This document shows positions 9,401 through 18,213 of a stretch of 64,000 nucleotides of DNA, piece by piece. Source of the DNA: Sulfolobales archaeon (GTDB lineage Archaea; Thermoproteota; Thermoprotei_A; Sulfolobales; AG1). Location: NCBI GenBank assembly GCA_049970935.1, contig JBMFLZ010000002.1:998-64997 (forward strand), in the 5' to 3' direction. Under the pieces are notes generated by a model that worked only from the letters and a program-made list of their open reading frames with translations, searched no databases and had not been told where the DNA came from. Each line of letters begins with the position of its first letter. The stretch's first letter is position 1. The position numbers and the translations under genes were made by a program.

Positions 9401-9982
9401 TCTAAGTCTAGACAATATTAATTTTTCTTCATCAGGGAAATAGGATAGAGCCTCTCTAATTCTGCTCACGCTGATCCTTAGCTTTCCTTCTTTAACAAGA
9501 TCGCTATATACTCTAAGCATCTCGATATCTTGTTCTCCGCCAGCTCTAGCCTTAAGGAGTATTTGATACTCAGGATACAGTATTTTTAAATCAAGATCTC
9601 TTATTTTAATATCTTTTGATCTCTCAATGATCTCAGGTGGAATATAGAAATCATATATGTTTTCATAGATCTCTATCTCAATCTCTAAATCATTTTTTCT
9701 CAAAGAGATCTTAGGTAACCCATATTCTGTAGCCCCTATCTCCCATGATTTTTCTCTGGCATATCCGCGTAGCATAGACTCTTTGTCTAGTATAGATCCC
9801 TCGTAAATAAATAGATCCAGATCCTCCGAAAATTCTTTTTCACCTAAGAAATAATTAATTACTACTCCTCCAATAATAGCAATTTTCACATTGAGTTCCT
9901 TAATTAAATAAAGAAAGACTTCATAGAGATCCTCTAATCTATAACTCATGTATACACCGAGTATATTTATGATTAAATCCAT
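9380..9982 (-). CDS. Nucleotidyltransferase-fold protein (minimal NTase, function unknown)
   Basis: IIGGVVINYFLG...SEDLDLFI fits the G[SG]-x(n)-DxD NTase signature. The start is probably Met12 (9949). The 3' end overlaps the dys stop region. Confidence 0.45.
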   Translation of the reverse strand: MDLIINILGVYMSYRLEDLYEVFLYLIKELNVKIAIIGGVVINYFLGEKEFSEDLDLFIYEGSILDKESMLRGYAREKSWEIGATEYGLPKISLRKNDLEIEIEIYENIYDFYIPPEIIERSKDIKIRDLDLKILYPEYQILLKARAGGEQDIEMLRVYSDLVKEGKLRISVSRIREALSYFPDEEKLILSRLRSAGFNI

Positions 9983-10050
9983 TTTATTAAGAATTGATCA
10001 TGGGCTACTGTACACTATAAATAAATTAGTTCAAATATAATTGTTACTTG

Positions 10051-10103
10051 AAATGATGAGACGACGGTCTAATGATTAAATGATTAGTTCTCTTGAGCTG
10101 ATC
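10051..10103 (+). ncRNA. C/D box sRNA candidate
   Basis: C ATGATGA (10053-10059), 12-nt guide GACGACGGTCTA, D' ATGA, 3-nt spacer, C' AATGATT, 12-nt guide AGTTCTCTTGAG, D CTGA (10098-10101). The first guide is complementary to UAGACCGUCGU, a universally conserved LSU rRNA segment (from memory). Confidence 0.6.
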
Positions 10104-10112
10104 ATTAGAGAA

Positions 10113-11165
10113 CTAAATTCTTCGCGAAATAACTAATTCAGTGTATATATCCATTAGGTATTCTGCTATATCAGTTAGATAATCAAATACTCTCGTAATA
10201 TGATACTCGAATAAGGGATTTCCACCTAGACCTTCTCTAAGTTTTTCCCTAAATAATTTCTTAGTCTCTACAATATCTGCTAAGTTCTTAATTATTTTAC
10301 TTACTTCTTCCTCTGAAAACTCTTTTCTGATTTCATTACTAAAGATCTCTTTGAGTAGCTTATCCAAATAACTCGTAATCACAAAAGATGCTCTATCTAA
10401 TTCATCTAGTGTCTCAGATATTTTCTCCGACTTAAATACAAAAGATTCCTTACTCATAACTATTCTCAGAGCTTCAACAACGTGATCAGCTATTCTCTCA
10501 AGGATATTACTTATCATAACTATATTGGATAGTATTCTAGGATCTATACCTGGGTCAATACTTAGATCAGTTAAAATTTTACTGTATATCCTCTTGATCT
10601 CTAGTCTCGCAATATCTATCTCTGAATCTAATTCCTCCAAATCCAGATCTGTAAATTGTTTAATATCTTCAATCTCATTATCTTTCTTAGAGATCTTTTT
10701 CTCGATTTCATCACGTAAAAGTTTTAGTAAGAAAAACAAACTATTATATTCTTTTCTCACTAACTGCTCGAGATCAGTTCTACTAATACTTTCTCTAATT
10801 AATATATAGTTTCTGCCTTCCTCATAGATCTCGTATCCTCTTAAGAACTTTAGTATACTTCTAATCTCTCTTCGTGTTCTTAGATCAATATTTCTCTTAG
10901 ACTCTAGCCTAATGTTCTTATAACCCAAGACATATAGAGAGATCAGAGAGTATCTCAATGATCTCTCATCGTAATTATCTATTCTTAGATTAATTGTTTC
11001 TTCTCCCTTGTCGGCAGCTTCTATCATTAGTCTTCTTCTTGAACCTTTTATAATAACTTTTGATCCTTTAGAGATCTTATTAATACTACACCAGTCCTTA
11101 GGTAAATATAATATGTATGAACCCTTTATCTCTTGAACACTTCTGATCTCAGATATATTGCTCAT
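10113..11165 (-). CDS. AbrB/SpoVT-domain + PhoU-like domain regulator
   Basis: The N-terminus (GSYILYLPKDWCSINKISKGSKVIIKG...LMIE) is an AbrB-type swapped hairpin. The C-terminus is helical with RIADHVVE-type PhoU repeats. A paralog lies at 28020-29000. Confidence 0.65.
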   Translation of the reverse strand: MSNISEIRSVQEIKGSYILYLPKDWCSINKISKGSKVIIKGSRRRLMIEAADKGEETINLRIDNYDERSLRYSLISLYVLGYKNIRLESKRNIDLRTRREIRSILKFLRGYEIYEEGRNYILIRESISRTDLEQLVRKEYNSLFFLLKLLRDEIEKKISKKDNEIEDIKQFTDLDLEELDSEIDIARLEIKRIYSKILTDLSIDPGIDPRILSNIVMISNILERIADHVVEALRIVMSKESFVFKSEKISETLDELDRASFVITSYLDKLLKEIFSNEIRKEFSEEEVSKIIKNLADIVETKKLFREKLREGLGGNPLFEYHITRVFDYLTDIAEYLMDIYTELVISRRI

Positions 11166-11277
11166 GTATCTTATGCCTCTACCACTATTATTCTTCGAGA
11201 ATATTATTAATGAGTTATCCGCTTAATATATTCTTAAAAAGCTTATTTTATACTAATGATAGTTTAGGAAAAGGGTT

Positions 11278-11547
11278 GTGAAAATGGGAGTTAAGCACGG
11301 TAAATATGCTTATCTCAAGATATCCGAGGATCTGTATGCTAAGATAAGAGTTTTTAAGAAGAGAGATCCTTCTTCACCTAGTGCTTATCTCTTCACAGGC
11401 GTCTTCGTAAAGAAACCTCCTAGAAAAGCTAAAGTTTTTAGTGAGTCAGATCTTCCGGAGGAGAGTATTAAAGAGATAAAAAATTATTGTCTCAGCCTAC
11501 AACCTGATTATTTAAGAGGACGTTATTTTAATATGTCAGCCTCTTAG
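11278..11547 (+). CDS. Small basic hypothetical protein
   Basis: 89-aa ORF with a GTG start in an otherwise empty interval. No recognisable motif. Confidence 0.3.
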   Translation: MKMGVKHGKYAYLKISEDLYAKIRVFKKRDPSSPSAYLFTGVFVKKPPRKAKVFSESDLPEESIKEIKNYCLSLQPDYLRGRYFNMSAS

Positions 11548-11640
11548 ATCTTGATAGCTGAGATAAGGATCTTTTCATTAGAAATTGCTAAAATACCTTA
11601 TGACAGTAAGTAACTAGGTTGATTAACCTGGGTAGATATC

Positions 11641-12444
11641 ATGAATCTAGTAAAAATATACAAGGATCTTTACATAGTGTCTGGTTATCCCTATCTGTAT
11701 TTTGAGAAATTTAAGTCTCTCATACTAGCTGATATACATCTCGGGTATGAAGAGGCTGTTGCTCAAGAAGGTGTTTTTCTTCCACGTGCTCAATTATCTC
11801 ATCTAAGACTAGAGTTAGACTCTGTGTTGAGAGAGTTAGATACTGAATCAATGATTATAGTAGGTGATCTGAAGCATAGATTCGATAAGTTAAGTAGGCA
11901 AGAAAAAGAAGAAATTGAAGCTTTAGTAAATTTTCTTAAGGAGAGAAATATTAAGGATATAAAGTTAGTTAGAGGTAATCACGATAACTATATCTCGTTG
12001 GTGGCTAAAAAGCTAGGTATGGAGTTATTTGATAGTTTGAGAATAGATAATATTCTCTTAGTACATGGTCACATAGATCCTTTTGAGACAGGGCTAGAGG
12101 ATCATCGAAATAATATTGATCTAGTGATTTACGGGCATGAGCACCCATCCATTGTATTAAGAGACAGCTTGGGGAGAGTTGGGAAATTACCTATTTTCTT
12201 AGAGATGCCTCTAAGATTAAGAGAAGATAGGAGTATTAAAGCAATTATCTTACCTGCAACAGGTTATTATCAAATGGGCTCAGCAATAACACTTGACCCA
12301 AGTAAATATCTCTCACCGATAACACAGCGATATGGATTAATCGAGGAAGCCAAACCATATGCGATATTAAGAGAAGAGAGTATTTTTGAGATGCCTCCAC
12401 TAAAGCTAATAGTGGAATACATTGATCTAGGCTCAACTCTATGA
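11641..12444 (+). CDS. Calcineurin-like metallophosphoesterase
   Basis: ADIHLGYE, GDLKH, GNHD, VHGH and GHEH motifs in the canonical order. Confidence 0.8.
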   Translation: MNLVKIYKDLYIVSGYPYLYFEKFKSLILADIHLGYEEAVAQEGVFLPRAQLSHLRLELDSVLRELDTESMIIVGDLKHRFDKLSRQEKEEIEALVNFLKERNIKDIKLVRGNHDNYISLVAKKLGMELFDSLRIDNILLVHGHIDPFETGLEDHRNNIDLVIYGHEHPSIVLRDSLGRVGKLPIFLEMPLRLREDRSIKAIILPATGYYQMGSAITLDPSKYLSPITQRYGLIEEAKPYAILREESIFEMPPLKLIVEYIDLGSTL

Positions 12445-13299
12445 GGAATTTAAGGATCCGTAGAGATCTCTTAGTCTCTTAACCTCTCTCTCAACGTCAT
12501 GAGGCCACGAGCTCTTTCCATTTCTTGAATAAAAAACCTCGAAAACTATGTATCTTATGTTTCTATGTTTTTGTGTTAATAGAAATATACGATCCTCTCC
12601 TAAAGCTATCTGTGAAAAATCTCTATGAGATCTTGTTTTACCACCTTCTATGTAGACCCCATGTAAATGAAGTACTGAAGTGTTTCTCAAGATTTTCTCG
12701 GGGATTATGTCTATTACATTACTTAATTTATTAAGCTCCTTAAATCTCGAAGTATTCTCAGCGTATATATGCGCTAGATCAACGCATATTTTTATGTCAG
12801 GTCTCTTATCTAATAAGAGTTCTAGCTGATTTATTTGGCCGCAACATCTTCCCTGGATAGTCTCTATCACTATTCTTTGATCTTTCTCTATTAATCTGCT
12901 AATAGAATCAGCTAAAGCATTTATGCAATATATTACATTATCTTGGCAAATAGGATTATCCGATGAGGGATGAAGGACTATATACTCATAGTTTAAATTG
13001 TTTAATTTATCAATAACTTTCTCTATTACTTTAATCGCTGCCTCTCTAATCTCAACTTGAGGAGAAGCTATATATAGTTCTTTCCATGGTCCATGAATAC
13101 CTATTGAAATATTATATTTTTCAAGTAAGGATCTGAATTTAGAGATCCATGTTAAGTCTTCTAGATCGAAAAGTGAATCAATGTCTATCTCAACGTGATC
13201 TAATGAGTAAGAAATTAGTTCATTGATTAGATCCTCTGCTCTCTCAATATCTTTTCTCCATATCGTGTAACCTATTCTAGGTGGCAATATATTCACCAT
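12439..13299 (-). CDS. Xylose-isomerase-like TIM-barrel protein (sugar-phosphate isomerase / AP endonuclease 2 family)
   Basis: Metal-ligand-like pattern IHGPW, VLHPS, VIETIQG, CVDLAHIY and LHLHG, similar to the endonuclease IV/TIM-barrel family. Confidence 0.6.
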   Translation of the reverse strand: MVNILPPRIGYTIWRKDIERAEDLINELISYSLDHVEIDIDSLFDLEDLTWISKFRSLLEKYNISIGIHGPWKELYIASPQVEIREAAIKVIEKVIDKLNNLNYEYIVLHPSSDNPICQDNVIYCINALADSISRLIEKDQRIVIETIQGRCCGQINQLELLLDKRPDIKICVDLAHIYAENTSRFKELNKLSNVIDIIPEKILRNTSVLHLHGVYIEGGKTRSHRDFSQIALGEDRIFLLTQKHRNIRYIVFEVFYSRNGKSSWPHDVEREVKRLRDLYGSLNSS

Positions 13300-13353
13300 G
13301 GTGTCTGTAGTCTCATAGGTATAAGTTATGTGTAGAATATATGTATTTTGTAG

Positions 13354-14103
13354 CTAATTACTATAGGAATAAAGTACTTCAAGTATCACTTCAGCTACTT
13401 CCTTGAATCTCTCAGATAACTTCTGTAATTGATCTAGTACTGTAGAACCCTTAATTAAATTATCGCTAACCACGAGAACACAGGCTGTTTTAATATTCCT
13501 TAATCTACCTACAGTATTTAATGTCGCACACTCCATTTCTAGAGATAATATATTCAACTCACGAACTCTATTAATGAATTCTTTATTTTCAGCGTAGAAA
13601 GAGTCTGAGCTAAAAACTATGCCTCTGAAAACTCTACCGAATTTCTTCTTAAGCTCATTATATAGCACATAGGTAAGCTCCAGATCTGGTGAAGCTGCGT
13701 ATGCTATGCTAGCCCCAGTATACATCCCTATTGTTCCACCAATGAAGTAAGAGGATCCTTCTACAACAATTATATCCCCTATATCAATATCTTCTCTCAC
13801 AGAACCCGTGCTACCTAGTCTAACAATAGTTCTTACTCCAAGCATTGCTAACTCCTCAAAGAGAATTGCGGCTGATGCTCCTCCAATGCCGTGGGTTGCT
13901 ATACTTATTTTTTTATCTCGAAAGTATCCTGTGTATATTAGATAACCTCTGTACTCATTTACTAGTTTAGGTTCTCTCAGAAGTTCTGATAAGATCTTGA
14001 CTCTCCCCGGATCTCCTGCGACAATAACCTCTTTACCAAGATCCTCAGGAGAAACTTTTATATGTAGAGGTTTTTTGAATTTATCTATTTTAAGACACCA
14101 CAT
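13354..14103 (-). CDS. Purine nucleoside / 5'-methylthioadenosine phosphorylase (PNP/UDP-1 family, SsMTAP-like)
   Basis: VAGDPGR, SIATHGIGGASAAILFEELAMLG, FSSDSFYAE, LEMECATL and LVVSDNL closely follow the hexameric Sulfolobus MTAP sequence as recalled. Confidence 0.85.
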   Translation of the reverse strand: MWCLKIDKFKKPLHIKVSPEDLGKEVIVAGDPGRVKILSELLREPKLVNEYRGYLIYTGYFRDKKISIATHGIGGASAAILFEELAMLGVRTIVRLGSTGSVREDIDIGDIIVVEGSSYFIGGTIGMYTGASIAYAASPDLELTYVLYNELKKKFGRVFRGIVFSSDSFYAENKEFINRVRELNILSLEMECATLNTVGRLRNIKTACVLVVSDNLIKGSTVLDQLQKLSERFKEVAEVILEVLYSYSN

Positions 14104-14123
14104 TTAATATGTTTATTTACACT

Positions 14124-15143
14124 TTAATCAAACTCGTCATATATCTCTCCAAAGATCTCCTCTATTAGGTCTTCTAATGTTACTGCACCTAGTAGATTAT
14201 TATTGTAGTCTACTACAATAAGCATGTGTGTTTTTGTTTTTCTCATAATTTTGAGAGCCTCATACAATCTCGTGTCTCCATAGATCTTATATATGGGCCT
14301 AACTAATTCCTTAAGATCTTCTCCTTCACTTCTTCTCTTTGTCAAGAGATCTTTTACATGAATAAAACCTACTACATTATTTATCTCACCTTCATAAACT
14401 GGGTATCGTGAGTGTCCATATTTGCTCACTAATTCTATTACATTATCTAATTTCTCTGAGATATTTACTAAAACAAGATCCTTCCTAGGTATCATAACGT
14501 CTTCAACTCTCTTATCCATAAAACTCATTAATCTCTCTATTAATACTCTCTCATCTCTACTCAGACTACCACTTTTCTCAGCTAATTTCAGAAATATCTT
14601 AACCTCCTCCTCAGAAACATAATCTCTTCTAGAAATTTCCTTCTCCCTAGGGCTCAAGGTTTTGGAGAGCAGTTTAACAAAACCTCCTGAGATACTGAAG
14701 AGTAAATTTGAGATAGGCTCCACAAATTTTGTTACTACATACATTACTGGTGATAATCTAACTGATACTGCTTCTCTATATTCTAACCCGAAAGTCTTGG
14801 GTATTGCTTCTCCGAAAATAAGTATAAGTACTGTTCCTACGGCAACAGCTAGTAATCCACCTAATTCATCACCGAAGCTTCTTACGAAGACTTCTGCTAG
14901 TATTACTGAGGTCGCTGTGTTAGCAACGACATTTATGAATATGATAGTATTTATTGTGGAGGTCTGTTTCCTGAGTAGCTTGTTAGCGTATCTAGCTCCT
15001 ATAAAACCTCTTCTCTCTAGATAGATTAGTCTTACTTTACTCGATGAAAACAAAGCTAACTCATAAGCTGTTACAATAAATGATATGAACAGCAGTATTA
15101 GTATAGTAATTATTTCACCTATAGTGAAAACTGCTTGAGACAA
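14124..15143 (-). CDS. CNNM-type membrane protein (DUF21 + tandem CBS domains)
   Basis: The N-terminus has 3-4 TM helices with GEAIPK. It is followed by two CBS-like repeats (VEDVMIPR..., GFIHVKDLL, GAVTLEDLIEEI). Confidence 0.8.
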   Translation of the reverse strand: MSQAVFTIGEIITILILLFISFIVTAYELALFSSSKVRLIYLERRGFIGARYANKLLRKQTSTINTIIFINVVANTATSVILAEVFVRSFGDELGGLLAVAVGTVLILIFGEAIPKTFGLEYREAVSVRLSPVMYVVTKFVEPISNLLFSISGGFVKLLSKTLSPREKEISRRDYVSEEEVKIFLKLAEKSGSLSRDERVLIERLMSFMDKRVEDVMIPRKDLVLVNISEKLDNVIELVSKYGHSRYPVYEGEINNVVGFIHVKDLLTKRRSEGEDLKELVRPIYKIYGDTRLYEALKIMRKTKTHMLIVVDYNNNLLGAVTLEDLIEEIFGEIYDEFD

Positions 15144-15243
15144 TTCCTGTTATATACCCTCCGCATCATATAACTAATTACTCAACGAAATTTATATTAT
15201 TTCACACACGTTTCTCCCGCAAAACGAATCAATTAATACCTCA

Positions 15244-15690
15244 CTATGTATGCATTGAGGTTTTTTGAATAGGTTTTCTAATAAGCTCTTTCGGGATCTT
15301 TACTACTTGAATTGCTGCTTGTATCTGTATCATGTACTGTGGGGTTCCAAAAGGATCTGATCCTATTCTAGATATATAGACTATATTTGGTTTTACTCTA
15401 AGAATACTACCATCCTCAATCTTAACCTCTATCCATGGACACTCCTTATCCGTTTTAAATTTAATGAATTCTGGGAAAGATACTTGTTTCTTGGAGATAG
15501 TTTGATATCTGAGTTGATAACTTGTGCCAACAGCGTAAACAGGCGCTCCTGTACCAGGATCATTACCTATTCTAGCGATCTGAGCTATGTAAGGCTTGAC
15601 CACAAGAATACTACCGTCTTCTAACTCAATCTGGATCCAATCACATTCTCCAGAGGTTTCAAAACTAAGTATCTCGGTCTCAAAACTCAA
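15244..15690 (-). CDS. Hypothetical protein made of two tandem ~65-aa repeats
   Basis: The internal duplication is visible by eye: FETSGECDWIQIELEDGSILVVKPYIAQIARIGNDPG versus FKTDKECPWIEVKIEDGSILRVKPNIVYISRIGSDPFG. TTG start. Confidence 0.5.
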   Translation of the reverse strand: MSFETEILSFETSGECDWIQIELEDGSILVVKPYIAQIARIGNDPGTGAPVYAVGTSYQLRYQTISKKQVSFPEFIKFKTDKECPWIEVKIEDGSILRVKPNIVYISRIGSDPFGTPQYMIQIQAAIQVVKIPKELIRKPIQKTSMHT

Positions 15691-15754
15691 TCATAGTCGC
15701 CAAGTAGATTTAGTTTTTAGTAATATAATAATAGTTAGTCTCTACATAATATAA

Positions 15755-16672
15755 CTAAATCTTCTCTAGTAATCTAATGATACGATCTGTTAAAGACGAT
15801 ATTTTCTCTCTATGCTCAGTCTCTTCTATTGAGTGAGGTATTTCTGAGGTATATACGTAAGAATCTCGTAGAAGTCTAATTATCTCTCTAGTAGACACCC
15901 AATTCTCAAGTGGATTAATTAATTTCCTAGAGATATCACTGATGACCTCAAAAGCCATTTTGTATCTAGAGCCTTCATACACATATACTCTACCAGGCAA
16001 GACCACTAGAACAAGATCTGAGTCCAAGGATCTTATTGTGGGAGTCGCGGAATCATTGAAACTCTCTATGATAGTTAATGTATGATTTTTAATGATATGA
16101 TCCAAGCAATTATCCACGTAAGTATATGACTCCTGGAGAGTTCGGAGAAAGTCTCTTCTTAATACTTCGAGAGGTTTAGGAGAAAGTTTCTCAGCGAGTT
16201 TATACACGTATTCTTTATTTGATTCATTTAATTTCATAATGTAATCTTTAATGATGTAGTGTTTAGTCTCTATCTTATTTCTTTCTTTACATAGAGATAA
16301 TCTTCCTATGGCAGTTATATCAATACTTCTAGCACTTAGATACTCAGCGTATAAAAACTCTAAGTCTCGTGAGTCTTTGTAGATAATGTCTGGTGGAATA
16401 GTTGCGAGATCTATCGGATTAATCATCTCCAGAAGATCTTTAGAACCTGATTTTTTCTTAAGAATCATTGCATCGAAACCGATTAGAATGCCTTCTCTGA
16501 TACTATCAATATATGTAGACCATTGATACCACAGACTATGTCCAGCAATTGGTTTAGAGACACCTACATCAATACCTCTTAAACGCAACTCCTCAGCTAA
16601 GCTACCTGCCAGGAAGGTTTTCCCAGATTCATGAGGTAATAAACCTACAATCAAAATAGATCTATTTTGCAT
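15755..16672 (-). CDS. P-loop NTPase, dethiobiotin-synthetase-like fold (function unknown)
   Basis: N-terminal ILIVGLLPHESGKTFLAGSLA...GVSKPIAG resembles the BioD/CobQ-type deviant Walker A plus the KP-x-x-G motif. Confidence 0.5.
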   Translation of the reverse strand: MQNRSILIVGLLPHESGKTFLAGSLAEELRLRGIDVGVSKPIAGHSLWYQWSTYIDSIREGILIGFDAMILKKKSGSKDLLEMINPIDLATIPPDIIYKDSRDLEFLYAEYLSARSIDITAIGRLSLCKERNKIETKHYIIKDYIMKLNESNKEYVYKLAEKLSPKPLEVLRRDFLRTLQESYTYVDNCLDHIIKNHTLTIIESFNDSATPTIRSLDSDLVLVVLPGRVYVYEGSRYKMAFEVISDISRKLINPLENWVSTREIIRLLRDSYVYTSEIPHSIEETEHREKISSLTDRIIRLLEKI

Positions 16673-16737
16673 GCTCCCTATATTAAGTATTGGAAAAACA
16701 TATCCTTATTCTTATCAATTTTAATTAATGAGAGAAA

Positions 16738-16813
16738 GGCCGGGGGAGACCCAGCCCTCACCCACTCACCCGCGATTTCCCGCGGGGATTGTCGTGGGGC
16801 TGAGACCCCATCC
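16738..16813 (-). ncRNA. GC-rich structured small RNA with K-turn consensus (class unknown)
   Basis: A 76-nt GC-rich island in an AT-rich spacer. On the minus strand it reads GGGG-UCU-CAGCCC-[CAC]-GA-CAAUC-CCCGCG-GGAAAU-CGCGGG-UGAGUGGGU-GA-GGGCUG-GGUCU-CCCC. The helices are nested, with a 3-nt bulge plus tandem GA/GA next to the 6-bp stem. For this strand, TTTATAA lies about 20-26 nt upstream and a T-rich tract follows. Confidence 0.55.
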
Positions 16814-16932
16814 ATATAAATTAGTCACCGAATTATAAATTTTGATGTACTCCTTGCTCGTTGCATGTATTGGTTAAGTGCTAGGAAAACTTTAAATTTG
16901 TTTAGAGGAAAATTATGTGGTGAATATATCTA

Positions 16933-18159
16933 TTGTCAAATAATTCGCCTGTGTCTTTTCATCTTCGAAATTTATTAGACGAGATAAAAGGAGAACTAGC
17001 CTTTAAATACATCGCTATCGCGAGATCATTAATGGATAAGGGTTATGATGTAATTAGTTTTGGTGCAGGTCAGCCAGATATACCTACACCAGACCATATT
17101 ATTGAGGCAGCTAAAGCCTCTTTGGATAGAAGATTCACTGGTTATACAGAGACCGCTGGGATACTTAAGCTTAGAGAAGCTATTGCTGATTATCTAAATG
17201 AGAGATATGGCGCATCTGTTTCTCCAGATGAGATAATTGTCACAACAGGAGCTAAGACAGCCATATTTGTTGCTATCGCCAGCTATATCAATCCTGGTGA
17301 CGAGGTTATTGTCATAGATCCTTCTTACCCAGCATATTCAGAGGCAACAAAAATATTAGGTGGTGTTCCTAAGTATCTTACCTTAAAATTTGATAAATTA
17401 AAAGGCTTTGAGATTGATCTTGAGAGACTAGAGAGCATGATCACTAAGAGAACTAAGATTATAGCTTTTAATAATCCTCATAATCCCACAGGAGCGGTGT
17501 TTCCACCTAGAGTAGTTGATGAGCTTATGAGAATTGCTGAGAAACATAACTTAATAATTCTATCTGATGAAATATACGATAATTTCATATATGATAATGC
17601 TCCATTCAAGAGTGTTTCACAGATCAGTGGGTGGAAGGATAGAGCTATATTAATAAATGGTTTTAGTAAAACATTCTCTATGACCGGTTGGAGACTAGGA
17701 TATATAGTTGCGAGAAGAGATGTTATAGAGAAAATGATTAGAGTAGCTGTAAACGTGTATAGTTGCGCAACAAGTTTTGCTCAAGAGGCGGCGATAGCGG
17801 CTTTAAAAGGTGATTGGACACCTTCTAGAAAAATGATTGAGCTCTTTAGAAGAAGAAGAGACGTTATTTATGAGGAGCTTAGTAAGGTTGAGGGTTTTGA
17901 GGTGTGGAAACCTCTTGGAGCATTCTATATCTATCCTAATGTATCAATGATACTTAGGAAAATCAATATGACTGTTGAGGAATTCGTTGATTACTTAATT
18001 GATAAACAAAGAGTAATTGTTCTACCGGGCACCGCCTTCTCAGAGATCTCAGGAGGAGACTATATAAGACTGAGCTACTCTATATCCGAAGAAAAAATAA
18101 GAGAGGGGGTTAGGAGAATTAGAGAGGCTATAAATGAGCTACTAAATAGAGCGGGTTAA
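16933..18159 (+). CDS. Class I/II PLP-dependent aminotransferase (aspartate aminotransferase-like)
   Basis: FGAGQPD, NPHNPTG and SKTFSMTGWRLGY (PLP-lysine motif). TTG start. Confidence 0.85.
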   Translation: MSNNSPVSFHLRNLLDEIKGELAFKYIAIARSLMDKGYDVISFGAGQPDIPTPDHIIEAAKASLDRRFTGYTETAGILKLREAIADYLNERYGASVSPDEIIVTTGAKTAIFVAIASYINPGDEVIVIDPSYPAYSEATKILGGVPKYLTLKFDKLKGFEIDLERLESMITKRTKIIAFNNPHNPTGAVFPPRVVDELMRIAEKHNLIILSDEIYDNFIYDNAPFKSVSQISGWKDRAILINGFSKTFSMTGWRLGYIVARRDVIEKMIRVAVNVYSCATSFAQEAAIAALKGDWTPSRKMIELFRRRRDVIYEELSKVEGFEVWKPLGAFYIYPNVSMILRKINMTVEEFVDYLIDKQRVIVLPGTAFSEISGGDYIRLSYSISEEKIREGVRRIREAINELLNRAG

Positions 18160-18213
18160 TTAAATTAAGCTCATATATCTTATTTTTCAACCTCTAATCC
18201 TTACTAAATTAAG

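Noticed and set aside
16738-16744. GGCCGGG at the 5' end of the GC-rich element could pair with the acceptor 3' strand CCCGGCT of the tRNA half at 21964-21970 (G1.U72), suggesting it is the missing 5' half
   Set aside because: No D arm, anticodon stem GGGGG or trailer complementary to GGAGGCGGTGGCGG follows it. The rest of the element folds into a single long hairpin. The 7-nt match between two GC-rich sequences is probably chance.
16738-16813. Classification of the GC-rich hairpin as an H/ACA guide RNA (large internal loop taken as a pseudouridylation pocket)
   Set aside because: No ACA/ANA box lies at the expected ~14-16 nt from the pocket on the favoured strand. The K-turn sits between the lower and upper stems rather than above the pocket. 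Reading it as a C/D sRNA also fails: the span is ~77 nt and the boxes are non-canonical.
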